From Massilicoli timonensis (GTDB taxonomy: Bacteria; Bacillota_I; Bacilli_A; Erysipelotrichales; Erysipelotrichaceae), in contig NZ_LT963434.1 in the NCBI RefSeq assembly GCF_900199515.1, positions 1,472,180-1,504,179 of the forward strand: DNA of 32,000 nucleotides. The letters run 5' to 3'. Below the pieces are notes generated by a model. The model did no database searches, was not told the DNA's origin, and saw only the letters and a program-made list of their open reading frames with translations. This document shows positions 18,491 to 26,931 of this stretch, piece by piece; within the stretch, counting starts at the first letter, position 1, and each line of letters opens with the position of its first letter. A program made the position numbers and the translations under genes.

Positions 18491-19396
18491 TCACATTTCT
18501 TTTTCCCATCGGCTTTCAGCAGCTTTCCATTGTTGTGAAAACTCTATTTTTCCAACAGCCGCTAGAAAAGGTTCTGTCAAAAATGCCTTGATCGTTTTAA
18601 GCACAGTGCTGAAATGATCCGTTTTAGTGTCTATCTTCAGGCAGAATGCTTTCCACTTCTTCTGCATAGCAGGATCATCTGCAAAGCGCATAACCTGTTC
18701 AAACTGCTCTATCACAAAGCTATGTTCACGATTTTCGAAAGTTTTTTTCAGTGCTTCACTGAGTACTTTGCCGTCAAAATCAAATTTATTGGCAAGATAA
18801 TAAATATCATAGTAATCTTTCATTCGACTGGAAAATTCCATCAGAGTGAGGATTGCATCTATTTTCTCAGCAATCGTTGTTTCAAGAGAATAGGTATTTA
18901 CCACCGGTGCAGTGAAATCATCAAGCTGCGTCGGGATTTTTCGCTTTTCTTGTTTTGGTACGATCACATCGCCCACACCGAAGTCTATATGAAATGGAGT
19001 TCGCGTATTTTTAATACGAGCCACAATAGAAGTCCCGATACCGGCATATTTCTTAGCAACCGCAATAGGCGCAATATCGTTAATTTCAAAGGTAATAAAA
19101 TCATTGCCGGTAGACATAGATAGGATTTCATCCAGTACAGATTTTAACTGTTCGGGCGTATTTGGTACTTTTTGAAGTAGGAAGTCCACATCCATCGTTA
19201 CCCTACTATCAAAATTGGTAACGGAATAAATAAACAAACCACCTTTGAGGATAAGGTTTTCTGCATATTTGGACTTTTCCAAACGGCGCAAAAATTCTTC
19301 TTGACAGAAAAGTTGGAGGCAAAGCTGATAGCTTCTTCCGCTTTCTTTTGCCTTGTTTTTGAGCCGTGCAAGTACGGATGCGGCAATATCAGCCAT
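18491..19396 (-). CDS. abiEii: AbiEii/AbiGii-family nucleotidyltransferase toxin (DUF1814)
   Basis: The N-terminus SVLARLKNKAKESGRSYQLCLQLFCQEEFLRRL...ILKGG is characteristic of AbiEii toxins. About 300 aa. It overlaps the upstream antitoxin gene by 8 nt. Confidence 0.8.
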   Translation of the reverse strand: MADIAASVLARLKNKAKESGRSYQLCLQLFCQEEFLRRLEKSKYAENLILKGGLFIYSVTNFDSRVTMDVDFLLQKVPNTPEQLKSVLDEILSMSTGNDFITFEINDIAPIAVAKKYAGIGTSIVARIKNTRTPFHIDFGVGDVIVPKQEKRKIPTQLDDFTAPVVNTYSLETTIAEKIDAILTLMEFSSRMKDYYDIYYLANKFDFDGKVLSEALKKTFENREHSFVIEQFEQVMRFADDPAMQKKWKAFCLKIDTKTDHFSTVLKTIKAFLTEPFLAAVGKIEFSQQWKAAESRWEKEM

Positions 19397-20030
19397 TGAT
19401 CAACACCTCCATTACATTCATAACTTTTGTATAAAGATTCATCTCTTTTGCATATTTAGACAAGTTCACAAGGTTCTTTTTTTTATCAGCAGCATAAGCA
19501 TTGACAGCCTTATTGAAAATTTCATTGTCGAGTTTTGTGCGATACTTAAAGCAGTCACAAATTGTTCTTTCGCGGTCATATATAGGAAGCATGACGCCGT
19601 TAAAATTGCTTGTAGTTTTACCCATATCTAGGAAATCCTTTTGAATATAATAAGCCTTCATCGGAAATTCTTCAATATTCTTTACGGCACGGGTGGCTGT
19701 TCGCGGCACAGCAATAGACCATTTGCGAGGAGAAAAATCACTATATCCATAATGGAACAAGGCAGATTCCACACAAATAATTCCTTGTGGAAGGATTTCT
19801 CTTATCCACTGTTCCTCTGTTATATGATTGCTCTTTGGAAGCTGATAAATGCCTCTGCGAACCCTCTCGATAACTCCTTCTTTACAGAAAGCCGCTACTT
19901 CATATTTATTTATTCCGCTAGCGACAAAATCCGAAGTTTTTGCAACTCCTCCGTTATTTTCAATTACTTTTATTAAACTTTCTTTTTTATTCAAGCGAGC
20001 ACCAACTTTCTGCATACAAAAAATAAACAT
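19389..20030 (-). CDS. abiEi: AbiEi-family antitoxin/transcriptional regulator
   Basis: The N-terminal wHTH region (GGVAKTSDFVASGINKYEVAAFCKEGVIERVRRGIYQL) is typical of AbiEi. The start is ambiguous: TTG at 20039, ATG at 20030 or ATG at 20015. None has a clear SD. Confidence 0.75.
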   Translation of the reverse strand: MFIFCMQKVGARLNKKESLIKVIENNGGVAKTSDFVASGINKYEVAAFCKEGVIERVRRGIYQLPKSNHITEEQWIREILPQGIICVESALFHYGYSDFSPRKWSIAVPRTATRAVKNIEEFPMKAYYIQKDFLDMGKTTSNFNGVMLPIYDRERTICDCFKYRTKLDNEIFNKAVNAYAADKKKNLVNLSKYAKEMNLYTKVMNVMEVLING

Positions 20031-20041
20031 TGTATGCAATT

Positions 20042-20070
20042 AGTATATCGTATCGTGTTAGATATTGCAA
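20042..20070 (-). promoter_or_regulatory. abiEi-abiEii promoter
   Basis: On the minus strand: TTGCAA (20070-20065), 17-nt spacer, TATACT (20047-20042). This would give a very short leader or a leaderless mRNA. Confidence 0.5.
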
Positions 20071-20504
20071 CAACTATATGTAGGCAGCATTCTTGGCTTT
20101 ATAGGTTTTCGGTAGTGAACAGGTATGACAGGAAGATAAGCGATTAAGGATGTTGTATTGCACACATCGTGAAATAGCAGGTATTACGGAGCTTATGTCA
20201 ATGTTTGTAAATTACCTGATTCAGCGTATTGCGTCTATAATAACGATAAAGCAAGCGATAAACGTGAATTTTTACTTTACAGTGGCAGAAATAATTGATA
20301 TTTTTTTCGACTGGGAAATTTATGCTATGATTGGGGAAGTTCGAAAAAGCAGGCTTTCAAATTTTTGGTATGATAAAAAGATAGGGTGGAATCTATTTTC
20401 TGAGCTACACCGTTACTCCCTTATTTGATATCCGCAAATATGTCATCGCCTTTTTTATGGCATAGGATATATATTAGCAGAGAAGAAACATCAGAAAATG
20501 ATGC

Positions 20505-20540
20505 AAATAAAAACCGTTTCGCTAAGCATGGAGAAACGGT
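20505..20540 (-). terminator. Rho-independent terminator after the DUF1846 gene
   Basis: Stem ACCGTTTC (20513-20520) / GAAACGGT (20533-20540). The plus-strand A-run at 20505-20512 becomes a U-tail on the minus strand. Confidence 0.7.
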
Positions 20541-20586
20541 CTTCAGATACAGGTAAGATGCTGCATGATGCAGGGATGATCCGGAA

Positions 20587-22074
20587 CTATTTTGGATGAT
20601 ACATTTTCTTTGTCTGATAAGCGGCTTCACAGGTCAGATTCATTTCCAGTTTTCGATAGACATTGCGGTCTACTTCTGAAAGGATCACTGTACTGTGTGC
20701 CTCGCAGCATTTCAGCTTTGACAACTGCTGTAAAGCTAAATGGGAAATCGGATTGGTCGTGGCGGAAATTGCCAGACAGATCAGAATTTCATCGGAATGT
20801 AAACGCGGATTGTTGTTGCCAAGACTGCCGGTCTTTAACTTCTGAATTGGCTCAATGATGCTTGGTGCGATCAGCGGAATATCGTCATTGATATGCCCCA
20901 ATGCTTTTAAGGCGTTTAATAAGGCAGCGGCGCTTGCTCCTAACAGGGAGGAGGTCTTACCGGTTACCACACTTCCATCAGGCAATTCGATCGCCATTGC
21001 CGGAGCCTGCGTCATTTCGGCTTTTTCAAGTGCCGGTTTCACACAGATGCGGCTTTCTTTATCAATGTTTGCCTGAGACATGACAAGTTCGATCTTTTCG
21101 ATCGTCGCCATTTCAACGAGACCTTTTTTATGCCCTTCGCAGGCATGGTAATAGCGTCTGATAATTTCATCGCAGCTTGCTTTTACAGCCGCATCATTAT
21201 CAACGATGCAGTTGCCGACCATATTTACGCCCATGTCGGTAGGGGATTTATAAGGACAGGTGCCGTTGATCTTTTCAAAGATAGTACGCAGCACCGGGAA
21301 GATTTCTACATCGCGATTATAATTAACGGTCGTTTCGCCATATGCCTCCAAATGGAACGGGTCGATCATATTGATGTCGTTTAGATCGGCGGTCGCTGCT
21401 TCATAGGCAAGATTGACCGGATGTTTCAAAGGGAGATTCCAGATCGGGAATGTTTCAAATTTCGCATAGCCTGCTTTGATGCCGTGCTTTTGTTCATGAT
21501 ACATTTGCGAAATACAGGTTGCCATTTTACCGGATCCGGGACCCGGCGCCGTTACGACGACAAGCGGCTTGCTTGTTTTGATATAGTCGTTTTTGCCTAA
21601 TCCTTCTTCGCTCACGATATAGGATACATTATTCGGATAGCCGGGAATCGGATAATGTAAGAAGACCGGTATGTCAAGCGATTCTAATTTCTGTTTGAAA
21701 GCATCGGCAGCTGCCTGATTTTCATATTGGGTTAAAACAACACTGCCGACATATAAGCCGACGCCGCGAAAGGCATCGATCAGGCGCAGTACTTCACCGT
21801 CATAGGAAATACCCAGATCGCTGCGCACTTTGTTTTTTTCAATATCACCGGCATTGATGGCGATGATGACTTCGACCTGTTCTTTTAAGGTCAAAAGCAT
21901 TTTCAGCTTGCTGTCAGGCTCAAACCCCGGCAATACTCTGGCTGCATGGTTATCATCGAATAGTTTACCGCCAAACTCCAAATACAGTTTATTATCAAAT
22001 TGGGAGATCCTTTCTAAAATGTGCTTGGATTGCATCTCTAAATATAATTGATTATCAAATGCTTGTGTTTTCAT
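20587..22074 (-). CDS. DUF1846 / UPF0371 family protein
   Basis: 495 aa. The N-terminus [49 protein letters not shown] matches my recollection of this conserved Firmicutes family. Confidence 0.65.
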   Translation of the reverse strand: MKTQAFDNQLYLEMQSKHILERISQFDNKLYLEFGGKLFDDNHAARVLPGFEPDSKLKMLLTLKEQVEVIIAINAGDIEKNKVRSDLGISYDGEVLRLIDAFRGVGLYVGSVVLTQYENQAAADAFKQKLESLDIPVFLHYPIPGYPNNVSYIVSEEGLGKNDYIKTSKPLVVVTAPGPGSGKMATCISQMYHEQKHGIKAGYAKFETFPIWNLPLKHPVNLAYEAATADLNDINMIDPFHLEAYGETTVNYNRDVEIFPVLRTIFEKINGTCPYKSPTDMGVNMVGNCIVDNDAAVKASCDEIIRRYYHACEGHKKGLVEMATIEKIELVMSQANIDKESRICVKPALEKAEMTQAPAMAIELPDGSVVTGKTSSLLGASAAALLNALKALGHINDDIPLIAPSIIEPIQKLKTGSLGNNNPRLHSDEILICLAISATTNPISHLALQQLSKLKCCEAHSTVILSEVDRNVYRKLEMNLTCEAAYQTKKMYHPK

Positions 22075-22103
22075 CCCGAATCCTCTCTTTCATCAACTTC
22101 ATC

Positions 22104-22112
22104 ATTATATCA
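22104..22112 (-). promoter_or_regulatory. Extended -10 element of the DUF1846 gene promoter
   Basis: Minus strand TGaTATAAT, about 30 nt upstream of the RBS AAGAGAGGA. Confidence 0.4.
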
Positions 22113-22476
22113 AAAAATGTGGGGATTTCCTATGTAAAAATAGAGGAATTTTGAGGGGGCGTGTATTCGCTGTACTTAGATAAGTGATTTTTAGTAGTTA
22201 TCTGAGATTGATACGAACTGTTACCTTATTTTTTCATTCTTTGTATCATTTTCATAAAGTTTTAGATGCTGCTTTGATTAAGTCGATTTTTAGGAAATAT
22301 AATTTGAAAAGGATCGCTTTTTGTTATTTTTTCCTTTCAGCATGGCGCTATAGCGGACAAGTAGTACATTCCCCATTTCTACAGACCAATGAATTTCCCA
22401 TATGTCTCTTTCCATAGTCATTTCTATGGGAATAAGGTATAATGAATTATAAGCAATAAAGAAAGGAGCAACGGGA

Positions 22477-24228
22477 ATGGGCATGAGAAAAACTTTGCAA
22501 AAGATATACGCACTGCTGGAATGGAAACAGAAAGTAATCTTTATCATGATTTTGTTGATCATGCTTCTTTCTTCCGCTTTGACACAAGTTACACCAAAAG
22601 CCATTGGCTGGCTGACAGATGACATTTTTGCCGAGGGAAGAATGGCGTTTATCGATTTGCTGCCGATGCTACTGTTGATCTTAATTGTGAATGTCGTAAA
22701 TGAACTGCTTAAAATCTGGCGTAGACTGTTGGTGGAGGATACAGCGACCAAAACTGAAAAGAAAGCGCGCACACTTGTCATTGCTTCTCTCATGAAAGCG
22801 CCGCTGCGTTATTTTAAGGAAAACATGACCGGCAATATCCACGGCAGGTTGAATCGCTGTTTAGAAGGAACGATCAAACTAGAAAAATTGATATTTATGG
22901 ATTTAGCGCCAGCAGTATTTAATAGCATTGCTGCTGTGATTGTGATTTTTACGACCCTGCCTTTTACATTGGCGCTGCCGATGTTGCTGGTAATACCGAT
23001 CGGTGTATTGATCGTACTTCGACAGATCACAACACAAAAAGGCATACGAATTGCATTGCTGGAAACAAAGGCAAATATGGATGGTTCGCTGGTGGAATTG
23101 CTGAATGGAATCGAAGTGATCCGAATGGCAAACAGCACAATGATCGAAGAGCATCGTTTTTCGATCAAATCTGAAGAACTGCGTGAGAAAGAAATGAAGC
23201 ATCATAAACAGATGGCGAAATATGATGCGATGAAGTTTTTTAATGAAGTCTTTTTTACAGTGTTCATTATCGGTGCATCTGCTTATTTGGCGACACAGGG
23301 AATCATCAGTGTCGGTGCAGTGCTGACTGCCTATCTTTGTTTTTCTCAACTGATCAAACCTCTAGAGGAACTGCATCGGATTTTAGATGAATTATCAGAG
23401 AGTTTTGTACTGGCAGAGGATTTTTTCAAAATGGCGGAAATTGCCTGTGATTTTTCTTATCAGCCAGTTTCGGCGAAGCAACTGCTGTTCAAAAAGCACG
23501 ATATGATCTTCGCAGAAAAACTACGGCTAGCCTATGAATCAAATGAAGAAGTGCTGAAAGGCATTGACCTGAAAATAAAGAGCGGTTCTTTTATTGGGAT
23601 AGCCGGGCCCAGTGGGTGTGGTAAATCTTCACTGATCAAAGCAATTTGCAAGTTGGAAAAAAGTGAAGGAGCGCTATATATCGATGGTAGGGAAATAGAA
23701 TCACTGTCGCGGGAAATGTTGTCGGAGTTGATTGCATTGGTACCGCAAAATCCTTTTTTGATCGCAGGAACGATTTATGAGAATATCTGCTATGGATTGA
23801 AAGTGATGCCGAGTGAAGAGGAAGTCATGCAGGCGGTCGCAAAGGCAGGTCTCACGGAATTTGTGGAAAGCCAGCCGCAGAAGCTTCATACGCTGATAGC
23901 GGAAAGAGGCAATAATTTATCAGGCGGGCAACGGCAGCGAATCGCATTGGCGAGGATCTTTTTGCGTAAACCGAAAGTTTTAATTTTAGATGAGGCGACT
24001 TCAGCGCTGGATAATACTACAGAGCGTTTTGTTCAAAAGGAAATTGAGCGGTTGAAAGAAGAAAACGATATGACGATTATCTCCATAGCACACCGATTGA
24101 CGACATTACAAAACTGTGATGAGATCCTGGTAATGTATAACGGAATGATCGTACAGAAAGGGATTTATAAAGAATTGATTGAAAAAGAAGGCATTTTTAA
24201 TGACATGTATCATGGCAGATTAAAATGA
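22477..24228 (+). CDS. Fused ABC exporter (N-terminal 6-TM domain plus C-terminal ATPase; MsbA/MdlB-like half transporter)
   Basis: Walker A GPSGCGKSS, signature LSGGQRQRIALAR, Walker B VLILDEATSALD, H-loop SIAHR. The N-terminal half is hydrophobic. RBS is AAAGGAG. Confidence 0.85.
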   Translation: MGMRKTLQKIYALLEWKQKVIFIMILLIMLLSSALTQVTPKAIGWLTDDIFAEGRMAFIDLLPMLLLILIVNVVNELLKIWRRLLVEDTATKTEKKARTLVIASLMKAPLRYFKENMTGNIHGRLNRCLEGTIKLEKLIFMDLAPAVFNSIAAVIVIFTTLPFTLALPMLLVIPIGVLIVLRQITTQKGIRIALLETKANMDGSLVELLNGIEVIRMANSTMIEEHRFSIKSEELREKEMKHHKQMAKYDAMKFFNEVFFTVFIIGASAYLATQGIISVGAVLTAYLCFSQLIKPLEELHRILDELSESFVLAEDFFKMAEIACDFSYQPVSAKQLLFKKHDMIFAEKLRLAYESNEEVLKGIDLKIKSGSFIGIAGPSGCGKSSLIKAICKLEKSEGALYIDGREIESLSREMLSELIALVPQNPFLIAGTIYENICYGLKVMPSEEEVMQAVAKAGLTEFVESQPQKLHTLIAERGNNLSGGQRQRIALARIFLRKPKVLILDEATSALDNTTERFVQKEIERLKEENDMTIISIAHRLTTLQNCDEILVMYNGMIVQKGIYKELIEKEGIFNDMYHGRLK

Positions 24229-24260
24229 GGACGGTTTTGCTGTGCTGGCAGACTGACGGT

Positions 24261-24289
24261 TTGATAATGAAATAAAGAAACACTATAAT
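24261..24289 (+). promoter_or_regulatory. Near-consensus sigma-A promoter
   Basis: TTGATA (24261-24266), exactly 17 nt, TATAAT (24284-24289). Confidence 0.55.
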
Positions 24290-24390
24290 AGTAAATTCGA
24301 GTTATTTAGGCTACAAGACATAACGAGAGTATTAGTATATGACGAACCTTTTCGAGCACATCAATTCTCAATAGATGCAGTACAGCGAAT

Positions 24391-24876
24391 ATGAAGGGAA
24401 GCGGATTTCGGAAGATCGCAGATGCCTACCATGCTGCTCATAATTATCGGGATGAATTGGAGCTTAAATTTTATTCCGATGCAGCTTCGTTTCAAGTTAC
24501 ACTGTATAATTTGAATTATGGAACTGCAATAAACGCAACTAAAGCTATGATTGAAGATGAAAATGTTGCGATTGCTCCTGATTATCTTGCGATTGAGGTT
24601 GCGATTGATGGATTGAACGCAAGCCAAACTACGATTAAAAAAGCAAAAACAATATTCGCAAGCATGGGCATTGATGGCATCTTTGGACGTTCCGACATAG
24701 CCGCAATTACAAGCGATTCCGTTACTGCTGCCGGCAAACTCATTATAAAGCTGAAAAACGCAGATTTAATTGAAGCCGTCAGCGGGTTTGGAAAAGGGAA
24801 ATACAAATTTAAGGTTCCAAAACAAAAAGATGATACCTGTTATCAGGCATACGGTCGATCATGGACATTCGATTAA
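24391..24876 (+). CDS. Hypothetical protein; resembles the C-terminal part of AlbA_2/HATPase_c_4 putative ATP-binding regulators (possible 5'-truncated remnant)
   Basis: It begins at ..KGSGFRKI.., followed by ELELKFYSDAASFQVTLY and a C-terminal wHTH-like segment. In full-length family members this region sits at the end of a protein of more than 400 aa. There is no SD before the ATG, and the frame stays open upstream only to 24343. Confidence 0.35.
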   Translation: MKGSGFRKIADAYHAAHNYRDELELKFYSDAASFQVTLYNLNYGTAINATKAMIEDENVAIAPDYLAIEVAIDGLNASQTTIKKAKTIFASMGIDGIFGRSDIAAITSDSVTAAGKLIIKLKNADLIEAVSGFGKGKYKFKVPKQKDDTCYQAYGRSWTFD

Positions 24877-25319
24877 GCATATACAAGTTCCGTCAGCACA
24901 ATTTTCTATGCAAAGATGTGAATGATGTTGGGGAGGGGCAAATTACCGAATATCAGTAGGTTTTTGCAAACTAGCATGCAGTATTCTTTCGGAATGCGGA
25001 ATAAGGTAATCGTCTTCCTATGATAAGTGCCACACATCTGTTCAGACAGTGATTTCATAAAATGACAGCCTTTTCTGTATTGGTTTTCAGCGGTCATGCG
25101 GTCCTGTAACTGCATTTCAGTTTATTGCAAATATATGTATCCAGTGGCTGAAATCACCTTTTGCATAACAACTCTTGTACTTCCATTTTGGAAGAATAAA
25201 GATAAAATAGAAAGCCTATTAGATCATAGCAAAAAGGCAAGTGATTTAGCAGAATTCAAAACCTGTAATACGGGATATCCTACATCTCTTGCCTTTTGTT
25301 ACGATTCATTGCATGCCGT

Positions 25320-26564
25320 TTATAATTTACGCTTGATGATTTCTTCAATAAAACGAAGCAGTGTACCTTTGCTGAACTGTTTATAATATAGCGCAAACTC
25401 GTTATATATAATTTGATTTAAGATAGAATTGTCATAAGATATTTCTTTGAAGAAAGAAAATAAGCGTCGTTCTCTTTGATAAATTGGCAGATCGTACTCA
25501 AAATATGTTTTCAGATCTACATAAAGCAAAGAAGCATTTTCCATAATTGCACACTGGCTGATGATTTGGAATGGGTGCTTTGTAATATTGGAAGCGGAAT
25601 AATAAAGCAAGACAGCGATAATAGGAACTTTCGTTTGTAAAAAGTTATCCTCAAATAACTGTATGACTTTATCATATTCTTTATGATCAAACGAGTGAAT
25701 GATCGTATTGATAAGCCAAGCAAATTTCTTTTTCGGGTGAACCGGTTTGGTTTTGATCATCTGCTCCACTTCTTGATAGATTTCTGAATCATCTTCATTG
25801 TTTTCATGCACATAATTCAGTTTCATCACATAGACATCAAAAGAGCGATTATAGTTTTCGTTCTTTAATAAATCGTCCAGTAAAGCGTTGATTTGATAAA
25901 TATGTTTCGGAATGGATACAGTAGAAGTATCATATATCAATAGATCAGTTTCCAAAATGATTGAAGATAAATTCTGCTTTTGTACTTCTTCTAAAACTTT
26001 TCCGCATGCTTTCATATCTAAATGGTATTTATAATAGGAGCGAAAACACAGATCATATAACATGATTTGCAATTCATCGGGGAACAGAAAAGAAACATGC
26101 AAAAAGTGTTCCAATAAGTCGATGTCAATTTTTTCTACCTTATGATGGAAATCTTGAACAGCTTCTAAGAGCAGCCGGTATTCATTTTCAAATACAATAT
26201 CTGCTGCGAGCGGTTTAAGCAATGCTTCGCATAACTGATAGACTCCTTCATAATCAAGATAAAGAAACGCGTGATAGAGCGCATGGACAGTTTCCATATG
26301 CTTGGAAAAATAATCAGAAGCGCCTTCTTCATAACGAAGATCAAACTTGTCAAGCAGTTGAAGATACACTTTATCTTTAATTAAAGTCGGATTTTCAAGT
26401 AGTTTTTGATAAGTATGAAAAGAACAAATCGTTACTAGATTTGCATTGTGCATGGTAAATCCGAATTTTGTTTTAGAAAACAAAGCGTCGCCGTCTTTCG
26501 TGTATGTTTCAGCGCGATAGATTTCCAGTAATTTTGAAAGATGTTCTTTTTCTATGATCGGCAT
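25320..26564 (-). CDS. Hypothetical helical-repeat protein; candidate RNPP/NprR-like peptide-responsive regulator
   Basis: 414 aa with RBS AAGAGGA. It is rich in Y/F/L-spaced helical repeats. The N-terminal ...VTICSFHTYQKLLENPT-LIKDKVYLQLLDKFDL weakly resembles the helix 3-5 region of Rgg/PlcR-type HTH domains (ICxxSxLSxIExG). It lies directly downstream of a secreted-peptide gene. The functional call is inference. Confidence 0.35.
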   Translation of the reverse strand: MPIIEKEHLSKLLEIYRAETYTKDGDALFSKTKFGFTMHNANLVTICSFHTYQKLLENPTLIKDKVYLQLLDKFDLRYEEGASDYFSKHMETVHALYHAFLYLDYEGVYQLCEALLKPLAADIVFENEYRLLLEAVQDFHHKVEKIDIDLLEHFLHVSFLFPDELQIMLYDLCFRSYYKYHLDMKACGKVLEEVQKQNLSSIILETDLLIYDTSTVSIPKHIYQINALLDDLLKNENYNRSFDVYVMKLNYVHENNEDDSEIYQEVEQMIKTKPVHPKKKFAWLINTIIHSFDHKEYDKVIQLFEDNFLQTKVPIIAVLLYYSASNITKHPFQIISQCAIMENASLLYVDLKTYFEYDLPIYQRERRLFSFFKEISYDNSILNQIIYNEFALYYKQFSKGTLLRFIEEIIKRKL

Positions 26565-26594
26565 GGTGTTATTCCTCTTTAATACTCTTCAATG

Positions 26595-26622
26595 ATAAAT
26601 AAAATGTCAGGATCCCCCTGAC
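26595..26622 (-). terminator. Hairpin plus U-rich tract between the peptide gene and the 414-aa gene (attenuator / partial terminator)
   Basis: Minus strand GUCAGG-gggau-CCUGAC (26622-26606), followed by AUUUUAUUUAU. Confidence 0.45.
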
Positions 26623-26627
26623 AAATG

Positions 26628-26765
26628 TTAGTCGATATAATAACAATTTGGCCCTGTGCAATATGGAGCAGGTACCGGATCTCCGTCATTGGCAAATACC
26701 GTTGTCGATGTAAATGCAATCGTGAAGATAAAGCAAGACAATGCCGCTAAAACAACTTTTTTCAT
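26628..26765 (-). CDS. Unannotated 45-aa secreted peptide (Sec signal peptide plus 20-aa two-Cys C-terminal part)
   Basis: Manual reverse-complement translation gives MKKVVLAALSCFIFTIAFTSTTVFA|NDGDPVPAPYCTGPNCYYID*. A strong RBS AAAAGGAGG sits 6 nt before the ATG (26765). It has its own extended -10 promoter and a classic n-h-c signal region with a VFA cleavage motif. It falls below the ORF-track size cutoff. Confidence 0.7.
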   Translation of the reverse strand: MKKVVLAALSCFIFTIAFTSTTVFANDGDPVPAPYCTGPNCYYID

Positions 26766-26795
26766 AATAAACCTCCTTTTCCCCGATTTGGTTAT

Positions 26796-26804
26796 ATTAT
26801 AGCA
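26796..26804 (-). promoter_or_regulatory. Extended -10 promoter element of the secreted-peptide gene
   Basis: Minus strand TGcTATAAT (26804-26796), about 20 nt upstream of the RBS. Confidence 0.5.
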
Positions 26805-26931
26805 TAGTTTAGTATGAGGTGGAACGGCTTTATAGAAATTGCAATAATTAGCAAAACCTGTAAATTATTCGAGGATATTATAAAAAAATGCAAAAACACA
26901 AAATGTATAGATTTCTTTAATAATAGTGTGA

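Noticed and set aside
18315-18509. 64-aa ORF downstream of and overlapping abiEii, considered as a possible third component of the AbiE module
   Set aside because: It has no SD, overlaps the abiEii stop out of frame, and runs into the murA terminator. Nothing in its sequence is recognisable.
18614-19123. 169-aa plus-strand ORF opposite abiEii, and 19641-20043 ORFs opposite abiEi
   Set aside because: They are antisense to genes with clear AbiE family signatures.
20150-20428. 92-aa ORF in the non-coding part of the AbiE islet
   Set aside because: The AAGGA sequence abuts the ATG with no spacer, and the translation is hydrophobic, low-information and has no recognisable domain. It is kept only as a possibility to test by conservation.
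22174-22208. 9-bp stem hairpin (CTTAGATAA ... TTATCTGAG) in the 400-nt gap between the DUF1846 gene and the ABC exporter, considered as a possible sRNA or terminator
   Set aside because: It has no U-tract on either strand and no associated promoter. It lies upstream of both divergent promoters. There is not enough evidence for a function.
22290-23349. Minus-strand ORFs at 22290-22793, 22809-23168 and 22903-23349, opposite the ABC exporter
   Set aside because: They are antisense shadow ORFs. The plus-strand gene has complete ABC motifs.
24906-25386. 69-aa minus-strand and 96-aa plus-strand ORFs between the remnant gene and the 414-aa gene, considered as possible transposase or integrase debris
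   Set aside because: I translated all three minus frames and found only short broken segments with no motif I recognise. There are no inverted repeats. I cannot support a mobile-element call.
26628-26765. The 45-aa peptide as the substrate of the radical SAM maturase, or as a lipoprotein
   Set aside because: It carries a Sec-type signal peptide, so it leaves the cytoplasm unmodified, whereas rSAM maturases act in the cytoplasm on leader-bearing precursors. The Cys at position 11 is not in a lipobox (ALSC followed by more hydrophobic core), so signal peptidase I cleavage after VFA is more likely.
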